Assembly (NCBI RefSeq): GCF_009834535.1
Contig: NC_045697.1
Location: 115,136,001-115,200,000 of the forward strand
DNA: 64,000 nucleotides
Reading direction: 5' to 3'
From: Camelus ferus
Taxonomy: Eukaryota
Part shown: one piece after another, positions 54,221 through 64,000 of the stretch
Numbering within the stretch: position 1 is the stretch's first letter
Layout: each line of letters starts with the position of its first letter
Notes under the pieces: generated by a model
What the model saw: only the letters and a program-made list of their open reading frames with translations
What the model was told of the DNA's origin: nothing
Database searches by the model: none
Translations under genes and position numbers: made by a program

Positions 54221-57004
54221 ATCTTGGTACCTGAGTCCAAATCCTACTCTCTCTTCTAGTTTTGCTGAAAGTGAGGCATATAAATGTGAGCAAATGGTCA
54301 ATATATATTATTGTCTATTACTGTTACTTCTTTAAACTGAAGTGAATATTTGGGAACTGGAAAAAAAAATTCCTGAAAATAGCCAAGATGGTTGGGTTTT
54401 ATATAAACCATTAGAGAAGGATTTTGCATTTCTCTTCCTCTGCCTTTGAGATGTAAATAATCTACCTGGACTTTCAAGGAAAAAAAAAATTTTTTTTAAA
54501 CTCAGGCAGAAAAACTAAGATCTCTGGTTCTGCCTGTCTTTAGGCAAAAATTAACACGTAAAAAAGCTCTATTTAATTGACTTAAAAGCAATCACTTACA
54601 AATTAAATACTTCTAAGTATAAAAGAAGTTAGATAAATTTTAGGCTCCTGTGATCTAGGAAATACTTAATATTAAATTAGTATCTGATACTAAATCTAGC
54701 TTAAGCTTGTTGGTATAATCAAGACAGACATGTCTTTTAGTGCACCTAGGTTTACTGAAGGTCATTGGGTTCATGTTGTTTCTACTGGAATCTGTCAGAA
54801 AGAAAAGAATTCCATTAACTTGGTAAGACAAAATTCTTATGAGTAAATTAAATGCAAATAACTCAAGAGCTTTTGGATGAACTCTTTGGAAATAAGTCTA
54901 TTTTAGGAATGTCTCCTTAAAAAGTGATCTCTTCAGATAATTGGTAACTTGAGATTTTAGAGCTGTGCTAACTTAAGTTAAATGATGGAAGTTTGTTGAA
55001 TAGCTAGGTGATTCCCAAATAAAATAAGATTCTGGAGCATTATTTACTAAACATTGGCTTCCCTTCACAGAGAAACTAAAGGTGTTTAGGAACTGTTATT
55101 AAATATGTTTAGGGTCCCACTGCGATATTTTCTATAAAAAGCAATATTTTTAGAAATTATTATTGGTACTTGTTTGCCAGTCTACAGAACGCTAACATAA
55201 AAGACATTTTATAATTGCTTACTACTTGGTTTTCACTAGAAACTGAAGTTTTTAAGAGTTGAGAACTCTAATTTAAAGATGAAATTAAAGCTACTAAAAA
55301 ATAATAAAGGAAACATTTCAGTATATAGTTAAAAAAAAAAAAGTAGGATATATGTCTTGAGTATAAAGTATAAGAAATGGAATTGCATTTTGTTAAAGGA
55401 AAATTTTCTAGAAAGGGACTCCTAAGAATGAGTTGTGTGCATGGTTGGACTGAGATTAGATTAAATTTAAGTAGGTAAATGGATTCTGTTATTAAAAATA
55501 GAGTTGTGCAGGACTGGATTTGGTTCCTCTCTGTTAAGCGAACAAGTTTGTTTGCTTGTGGTAACAGATGCTTCTTCTGATAACAGATTGTGTGAAACTT
55601 TTTGATGTTGTTGACAAGCTTCCTATCAAATTTTTATCAAAGTTCTTTTGACTTCAGCTATCTTTGAGATGCTTCAGAAAACCCCTGAGACATCTCAGAG
55701 GAAAAATATTAAACTAACTAGGATTGGTTGCTATGTTAAATTACATGGCATTGTCAAATGAGTGACAAGCCTCCTCAGATTATATGATACAGATAAATGT
55801 TATTAATATAGACATTCTGGAAGTGATGTAAGGTCTCTGGAAGTTAGATCTGTCCTGGTATAATGCTATCAGTCATAATTCTAGTTGTTCTAGTCATAAT
55901 TCTACTTCTAGTCTAGTTATCTTAAATGTTGCATGCTACAGCAAATTAAGCTTTTTTTTGTCAAAAATGTAACAAGATCTTTAACCTCACCTTTTTAAAT
56001 CTTTTATCACTCTTAGATAGCCAAGCTTAGGTTTTGCAAAACTGCTTCATCTTCAATAAGACTCATAAAAAGGACTTATTACAAGTACAGTTTTCTTTTA
56101 AATCATACTGCTGAACTGGGTAAGATATTTAAAAGGTCTAATGAAAATTCTGATTTTGTAAAACTGTTAGAAGGGTTGAGTAAACTGGTGAATGTGATTA
56201 TAATGTTTTGGTTTTGTCTGAAACATTACTGACTTTTAATCTACATTTTCTAATTGAATTTTTTATCAGATGTTTGTCTTCCTATCAATATTGAAAGTCA
56301 TTGTTTTATTTCCAACCACACTGTTGCCCCCAATATTTAGGCTAGAGAGAGAATTCTCTGGTGGAGCTGTCGCAGCACAACCTCTCAGGGTGCACAGCAG
56401 CACTCGCTCTGTGTCTGTTGCTAAAAGCACACGCACTACGCTTGTGTAACAATGGGGTGGAAGTGATGAAATGTATGGCCTGTAAAGTGTGTCCCCATTA
56501 ACATGCCTCTGAGCCTGTTCATGACATCTGGTTAGTTTTCCCCATACGTGGATAACTAGGCAAATACAAAGGAGGCCCAGCACTGAGGGACTAATATTTT
56601 GATCATCAGTGCTTTCTATTGGAAGATTTGCTATCAAAATGGAAAAATCTGCACATACTGAGGTGTGGGGAAGTCTTTCTGGCTTATACATAGTTTAACT
56701 TAAACTTTATCGACCTGTTTTATGGCCTGTAGGAAGTGCATTCTGTATCTGCTTTGGCCTTGAGGAGGGGATGCATTTGAAAGTCAAAATGGAGTCGCTG
56801 TGGTTCAGACATTCAAGGGAAAACTAAGTGGCCAGGGGATGCGTGATGTCAGACACGTTCTTGTATCGTGGAGAACTCGAATCTTCTGAGCTGTGCCAGA
56901 CTCAGGAGCCCACCAACTATTCCCAAAGCAGTGCCTGCTGTCATCTGCCACCTTATGACCTCAAGGTCTCCTCTTATGACTATTACATTTTTAGACACAC
57001 AAAA

Positions 57005-57240
57005 AAATTGTTTTAGATCAGATATTAGCAAAATAATAATAATAATAATAAAGATATATAATGTCCAATAGCTCCTGTTATGTATATGTTAATACCATAT
57101 CAGAAGTTAAAACCTACTTAGATAAAAGTAGACAACTGGCTACCTGGCTGTAAGTCTCCCCTAAAATGTCAGGTCCAGACTGGTTTTCAGGCTTATTCTC
57201 CTGAGTTTTTCAGGGAATGTGATCTATCTTGTCTATTTAT
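57005..57240 (+). pseudogene. env: env TM remnant of provirus #2
   Basis: LDQILA...NSSCYVYVNT.SEVK.YLDK.RQLATWL...PDWFSGLFS; homologous to 12765-12912. Confidence 0.65.
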
Positions 57241-57802
57241 TTTTTCAATATTAAGATATGAGATTTAATTCTGGTGTAAACTCAATAAAAAAAAAAGTAA
57301 AGCTTGCTATATTTTAATTGTGATTGAGTGTCCTGTCAAATATAATTTAGAGTCTTTTTAAAGTTGCTAGGAATGAGTAACAACATTGTCTAAAGGCAGG
57401 AGAGGTTCCAGTTTTACCCCAAGGAATTTCTGCATTGTCTGTTAAAGCTCTGCTTGTCACTCCTCCCACCACTTCTGATTGGGCCTGTTGGCACCAAGGG
57501 GGTGGGCTAAAGGACTTGTATCTTAATCATACAAGACTCAGATCCAGGACTTGAAACTAGGGGATATTTTCACTTTGGTGTCTGTCCCCAAATTAAGGCA
57601 GGACGATGCCCCATTTCAGCAGGAAGTAGCCAGTCATCTCCCTGCTCCCTGAAAGCTTTGGGGAAGGAAGAAATAGGATTGGTGGTTGAGACCAAGTCCC
57701 CCTAAAACCAGGTTCCTCTGCTGAGTTGATGGCTAACCTCTCTGTCCAAACATTATTCCCTTTCTTGTCCAACACTTGTTCTCCTCAAGATTGAGGGCTA
57801 TC

Positions 57803-57818
57803 AAAGAAAAGGGGGGAA
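57803..57818 (+). other. polypurine tract
   Basis: aaagaaaaggggggaa directly before the 3' LTR TG. Confidence 0.9.
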
Positions 57819-57819
57819 C

Positions 57820-58287
57820 TGTAACCAAGCAGGACCCTGTGGGGCTTCCAGGGTCACACCCTCCCCCATGTCCTCTGCTGCAGCTCCTCTCTGAAGCACT
57901 CAGATAGTAGCATCTCATGTATATTTCCTGAGTGTTTCAGATGCTGAAAACCACCACCAAAGGGAAGAAATGAACTACTTGATGATGGAGAGCATGTGGC
58001 CCCCAGACCTTCTGGCACCTGGGAGGTGAAATTGTTGACGGCCTTGTTCCCTCAGCATCTACCAATCAGGATTGTGCATGAGCTGATCACAGGCCTGGCA
58101 ACCCACACCCCCTCACCTGCCTTTAAATTGGCTTTGCTGAAACTCTTTGGGGAGTTCAGGGTTTTCTTAGGCATGAGCCCCCTGTCCTCTTTCTGAGCCT
58201 ACAGTAAACCTTTCTCTGCTTCAAACTGACATTTTGGTTAGTTTGGCTTCATGGTGCTTTGGGCACACAAAATTGCTTTCAGTAACA
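57820..58287 (+). repeat. 3' LTR of provirus #2
   Basis: tgtaacc...cagtaaca; repeat of the 5' LTR. Confidence 0.95.
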
Positions 58288-58437
58288 CTGTTTCCATTTT
58301 TTTTTTTTTCTTTTGATACCTGCTTTGTTTGTAATACTTCTTGAAAAGTCTCTCTGGCTCTCCTGAAGAGAGATTTCTGTCCACAGTGTGAGGGAATTTC
58401 TTCCTGCTTCATAGCTTTCTTTACTCAGAGTCCTAGA

Positions 58438-58497
58438 CAGTGATGCGTCCTGCGCAGAACTGGAGAGCAGTGACTCGTCCTGTGCAGAACTGGAGAG
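58438..58497. repeat. 30-bp tandem duplication
   Basis: cagtgatgcgtcctgcgcagaactggagag / cagtgactcgtcctgtgcagaactggagag. Confidence 0.9.
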
Positions 58498-58754
58498 AAC
58501 TGGCTCCCACATACTTCTCTGTTAGACCTGCTTACTAAGTCTTGATTTTCACCAAAATTTTCTATCACCTGCTGCTGCTAGCCCTTTATTAGTGTGGACT
58601 CAAAGCGAAACAGTGGGGAACAGAGGTCATTTATTCCAGAAACATTTCCCTTTGCCCTTGTAATTTGCCAACTGAACAGTTACACATATGAATAGGGGTA
58701 TGTGAGTACAGTTATGAAGGTGTTGCCTTCCTTAGCAAAAGCCATGCTGTTGAA

Positions 58755-59039
58755 ACCAGTAGTCCTGATGCTGATGGACTTATTCTATGTCTAGTCTGAG
58801 TTGAGGTGTGCTGTAAATATAAAACAAACCAGGTATTTAGAAGTCCTAACAAAAATAAGTGTGAACTGTCCAATTTTATATTGATCACACACTGAAAGGA
58901 ACATATTTTGGATACGTTAAAATATATAATTAATATTAATATCATATAATCCACTTTACCATTTTAATATGGGTACTATGAACTTTCAAATAATGTCTGT
59001 AGCTTCTCACTCACATTCCATTGCTATTGGACAGTGCTG
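58755..59039 (-). mobile_element. MER33-like hAT-Charlie element
   Basis: tgtgctgtaaatataaaa...tttatattgat...atattttggata...ctattggacagtgctg. Confidence 0.75.
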
Positions 59040-60021
59040 ATACAGAAAATAAAACTGAATTAAAATGTATGGTTACATTTCCTTTTAGTAGTCACCTATT
59101 TTCGGTTATTGTGTAAATTTTCTAAAAATCCAAGGTACAAGGATGATGAAAACAATTTTATATTTTCCATGGGACTTATCACATAGTGCTATTTAATTCT
59201 CACATTAACTTAAAACTTGTTAGAATGTAAACAAGGATGCCATCGCCCATTTACTCCATAATGTTCAGGATAAAATTACTGTTGATATAATTTCCCATGT
59301 ATTTGAGATAGTCAGATATCAGCATTTTCTTCTTCTTCAAACAAGTCATTGAATTCCTAATTGCAATCCATTGGTAATAAAAATTAATTAGCAAAGCATT
59401 TGCTCTTGTTTAGAATGTTAAATAGAATGTATTTAAAATTTGAAATGAAATTATTGTGTCCAAATGTTGTATTTGGACATGCTAAGTTGGACATGCTAAA
59501 TAGTACAAGAATTCTCCAGCGAAAACTATTTCTGACACACATTTCCTAGACCTGTACACCGTGGTTTCTTTGATCATTTATAATAAATGTCTATAGCATG
59601 CTTCTCTTTTTTAGAGCATTCAGTGATAAATCTTACAGAAATGCATGTGGTTGATGGAATCTAACTTGCCTGCAGAGGAGTCATGATCGAATGATTCCCT
59701 GGCTTTAACTTTAGGACTATGAGACACATCATGGGAAATGCCAGTGAGAAGGGGCAGGTCGTCACAAATGTTGGATGACCACAAATAAGACAAGTGCTTC
59801 CTGTGATGGGAACTGGCAAATGTCTGCCTACCTGTAATTCTTACACCTCTTATTCTTCCTCAGAACGGGGTTCATATTTCTGACTTCAAAAGCTTCTTTC
59901 ATGCTGATTGCCCTGGTTCCTAAGAGAAAACCTAACCCATTATCTGTGTGGTCGTTGGATACTCAGTTCCAGTAAAAGGTTGCTTCTGTTAAATCATTCA
60001 TTATCAACTGAAGTTGAGGGC

Positions 60022-60432
60022 TGTTGGGCTGCATCCCGCAGGCTCAGAAGCCCTGTAGCTGCCCAGCTTCAGGACCAAAGAAAGAGATGACAGTGGTTTA
60101 ATGGATGGGGACCTTACACGTCAGCAGCAAGGTCCTGGACGACACCCTACTGTGTGCGGCAGATGGCGGGCAAGACATGGTGCCATCTTTGCGATGGGGG
60201 GGTTACCAGTTATAGGCGGAATTCACATCAGGTTGACTCTCTGGTTACCAAGGAAACCAGCAGAGGGGCACACCCTTCACTGCCCCCTTGGTAAGAACAA
60301 TCACAAGCTGGGGCAGGGGCAAGTGTATAGGAAGGGCAGTCAGTTGAAGAGGGTATAGGTGAAGTGGCACTGGTCCATCAGGGGACGTACAGAGAACAAA
60401 AGGACAGCCCTCTGGAGTGGCCTGGCCATACA
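60022..60432 (-). mobile_element. solo ERV LTR with 5-bp TSD
   Basis: TG...CA; exact TSD agggc at 60017-60021 and 60433-60437; ATTAAA on the minus strand at ~60097; GC-rich compared with flanks. Confidence 0.85.
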
Positions 60433-61611
60433 AGGGCGTATCCATCCACAACTACACTCCTGTGGTGACAATATTACATCTATCTCTAAAAGAAAAATTC
60501 CCTGTGCATGCCATTCTGTTTAACTCAGAATTATTTTAGGATAGATAAATTGAGTAAATTCTTCAGTATTGTTCACACCCTTTTATAAAAAGTATAAGAA
60601 GTATATAAAATGCAAGAAAATGCTGAATCTTTTGAATATAAGTGTATATAGTTATTTATCCAGAAGTGTTTCTATAACTTGTTTCTGTTGTGTATTTATG
60701 GTTTCTCTCTTGGTATCACAGTATTTTGAACAGCTTTAATAGCATTCTGGACAGATGGTAAGGTATAAAGAAAATAGAAGTCAGGTTTAAAAAATATTAT
60801 GAAAACCTAACTGAATTTCAGATTATTGCTTCCAATATATAAATGAAGTTTTCACAGCAGCGCTAGCGATGGTAGACATATAGCTGATATTTTTTGAATA
60901 CATATCAGAACAAAGATGACACAGTCTTTCACAAAATGACTAATTTTTTTTATTAATATGACATCAAGCTATAGAACGTATTTTTTAAACATATAAATGT
61001 CTGTGAGAATTATCACCGACTACTGCAAACAATATTCTGTAACATATGTTGGTGTTGAGTCATTTAAATGTTGTTTCTTTTCCTAAGTTGCCCTTGTTAC
61101 TATCTTATAGGTAAGACTTATAAGTACGTATTTTATTATAACACCTGTTGACCATTACAGATTTTTAATATTTAAATTTTATAAAATATTCTGTTGCAAA
61201 AGGGATTTTATTCATTATTCTAAACAGGAGTAAATATATTGCTAATTGATCTCAATTTGTCTCTATATCGCAATTAGAAATTCATTGATGTGTAGAAAGA
61301 TCAAAATGCTCACATTGGATTATATGAAACATATGGGGGATTCATTGGGGAATAATATTAATTTAGTCTATTGTTAAATAATTGGACTCTGATACTCAGA
61401 TTAGAATTCTAGTAATTACTGAAATTAATTTCATGTAAAGCTTGAAGGTATCATATGGTGTGTCAATATAAAGAATATGGAAACTCTTCAGTCACCTTTG
61501 TAAATTGGATTATCCAACATATTAGACAATTAACACCATTGCTGATAAAAAATGAGTATTAATAAAGGCAACACACTATAAATTTCAGTTCAGTACTATT
61601 TCCTATGCCAA

Positions 61612-61933
61612 CATTGGTATCCAATAATATAATGTGAGCCATAAATTATAACCTCATATGTAATTTTAAATTTTCTAATAGCCACATTCAAAGAGTTAAA
61701 AGAAACAGGTGAAGTTAATTTTGATAATATATTTTAGTTATTTCAATATTTCTGAGTATTTCCATTTTCATGGGCAATCAATATAAAATATTAAGTAGAT
61801 ACACGGCAGTTTTTAATACTAATTCTTTAAAAACTAGTTTGTATTTAAATTTTAAAGGACATCTCAGTTTGAACTAACTGCATTTCAGGGACTCCGAAGA
61901 GTCCTGTGGTTAGTGACAGATGTATTGGGCACC
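61612..61933 (+). mobile_element. MER33-like hAT-Charlie element
   Basis: tccaata...ataatgtgagcca...atatgtaattttaaattttctaatagccacatt...aagaaacaggtgaagttaattt...acatctcagtttgaacta...tgtggttagtg...tattgg. Confidence 0.85.
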
Positions 61934-64000
61934 TATTATATTTTAGACATATCAAGAGTCTTGACTATGTTCCTCATATAAATGTTCCTACTGTGATCCA
62001 TTAACAAATTGACTCCACCTTTTCCTCCTGCAATCCAGCAGAGGTCCGAGAAACTATTCCTTTACACAACCAATCCTGATACAATTTCAGAAATATTTTC
62101 TTCTAGGTTGTCAACTTTTAACCAGCAGTAATCATGTAATGTAAAGAAATGCACTGGGCACTTGAACTACAAGTATGAATAAAGGGCTTCATTATTTATC
62201 AGCTAAGAAAGGACAAAAAAATATGTCCAATGCACAGAGAAAAGTACTATGGTGTTAAATACAGAATATAAACAGGAAAGAGTGAGGGAACAATAGTAGG
62301 TAGGCATGAAGACCTTGAATCAGATGATTTTCTATTAAGATATTTTATTTGCAATGGTCCTCAAAAGGTAGAAATATTCAATAGCCTTGACCTAACTCTG
62401 TTCTCATCCAGCCCTGGGCTACTGAGGGTATCTGTGGAGAGTTATATGACACTGAATAGCAGATCAATTTAAAGTCAAAATCTGCCACTTCAAATAGATT
62501 CTCAGTAATACCAGGAAATCTATCTGCATTTCTGCAATCAATGTCCCATTCTCCACACTGCCTCTCAAATCTTCAATCTGTAAAACCTCCAGCTCACCCA
62601 GTCACCATTCACAGAGAGCATTGCTTCCTTTTCCTGAGACAAAATAGAAGCTATATGACAAGCTACTTCACACATATCTACATATATGCCTGCAACACAA
62701 AAGCACATCTATTTTATTTTTCTCCCCTTTTACTGTTGCCATAGTTTATGTTTGTGTGCATGGGTGTGTATTTGTGTTCGTGTGTTGCTGTATTTTAAAG
62801 GGGCAGCAATAGTGTCATGACACAAAGAACAAGGAACCCAAGTCTGGTTGTGAACGTCACATAGTTAACTGGCAATCTAGTATACATTTTATATATGTCT
62901 AAACAACACCAAATTGTAGAAATAAAAATTTTACGGTCTCCCCATGCTTTATACTGAAAGATTGAGAAAAAAATGGTGCAAAAATGAGAAATATATACAT
63001 AGGTAGTTGTATAGAAGATAGACAGAGAAGAGAGAGATTATCGATGTCTATTTTAGTAAAAATTAATTCTGTCTTCTTTTATAATCTTTTTGTAACTGAA
63101 TTTTGACTATTTTTCCATTTTTTAAAAAGGCTGTATACCTCAGTCATAATCTCCTGCACCCTGTTGTTTATCAACATTCTTAAAAATATCAAATAACAAT
63201 GAGGAACATAATAGTGAATGCAATGATTGTAATATATATATTTTAAAATCCCAGGCTGCAGTATGCACTGTGGTTTGTATAGAGCCCATAATTTTTGGCA
63301 CAGAATTTCATTATTTTGATATATTCAAAATACATAAAGCATAAAAATTTACCAGTTGAGATGGATACATTAAAATTGTGTATCAAGCAAATGTTCATTG
63401 TCTTGTATTTCCAGAATGTTCAAAAGGAAGCATAAAAGATATTAAAGTGTGAATTACAAGAATAATTCTTTCTTGAGTATAAAGACTTTCTTAAGTTAAA
63501 AATTAATGTGATGGTATTAAGATGATATAATTAGTCCTACTTTGAAATATCCATCTATACATAATGAACTTGGAGATCTCAAAAGTATCAAGCAAAATAG
63601 GGTATTATTTGAAGATGAAAAAGTGAAGGGGACAGTATTTAGAGTTATTAGATCATAACTAATTCTTCATCAAGACTCATCTAGAGTAGAGCTAAAAACT
63701 TTTTCAGAAGCTACAAAATTAGTAAAATAAATGCTCCAAATCTGATTATGATACAAATGAGAAATTTATGTTCAAGAATCACAATAAAGTTACATAATAT
63801 TTCATTTTAAATTTTATGACATTAAATATTCTTCATTTGTATGGGGTTTACATTTTGTATATTTTGGTGATAATTTATGTCAGAATGATAATGCATACTG
63901 AAGTTGCTATTTCATAGTCATACTTGTATTTTGTGTCCTATGATATGTTTATAAGGTATTTTCAAAACCCCTGTAATATTTAGTAAATGTTAAACTATCA

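Larger units (their letters stand above)
52796..58287 (+). mobile_element. two-LTR non-autonomous ERV1 (MER4-group-like) provirus #2
   Basis: LTRs 52796-53260 and 57820-58287; exact TSD ctgt at 52792-52795 and 58288-58291; PPT; decayed PBS; AT-rich non-coding interior; env TM remnant. Confidence 0.95.

Noticed and set aside
56462..56515. C/D-box snoRNA (GTGATGA ... CTGA)
   Set aside because: C-to-D spacing is only ~45-50 nt, with no convincing terminal stem or recognisable guide; likely chance.
58438..58503. CRISPR-like repeat
   Set aside because: Only two adjacent 30-bp units with no spacer, in mammalian DNA; a simple tandem duplication.
58755..61933. Inverted MER33 pair as a composite transposon
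   Set aside because: Each copy is near full length and heavily decayed, with no shared 8-bp TSD seen; independent insertions are more likely.
1..64000. Short ORFs (60-141 aa) in the supplied track as host genes
   Set aside because: None resembles a cellular protein I recognise. Many use non-ATG starts or lie in LTRs, L1s or microsatellites. Only the L1 ORF2 pieces and the env-derived ORF at 11463-11771 are meaningful, and they are pseudogenic.

Overview
This is AT-rich mammalian genomic DNA made mostly of decayed transposable elements. I found no supportable host protein-coding exon, RNA gene or prokaryotic-type system. The L1 3' ends look cetartiodactyl, and I saw no Bov-tA/Bov-A2, PRE-1, CHR-2, Alu or CanSINE copies, so a camelid origin is a plausible inference. 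Main content: (1) two related non-autonomous ERV1-type proviruses at ~9639-14127 and 52796-58287, the second with both LTRs, a PPT, a decayed PBS and a 4-bp TSD; (2) seven other solo or nested ERV LTRs, several with TSDs; (3) MLT1 LTRs; (4) a 3.3-kb minus-strand L1 and many L1 3' fragments; (5) a long L2 split by two LTRs; (6) MER33, MER5 and MIR relics and microsatellites. The first provirus is a mosaic in the order integrase C-terminus, env SU, partial LTR, env TM #1, protease (LLDTGA), env TM #2. A ~300-bp polyadenylated non-repeat retrocopy sits in an LTR's polyA-signal region. Family names come from my recall of consensus sequences, not from a database search. Most ORFs in the track are chance or repeat-derived. 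I do not see a new functional biological system here.
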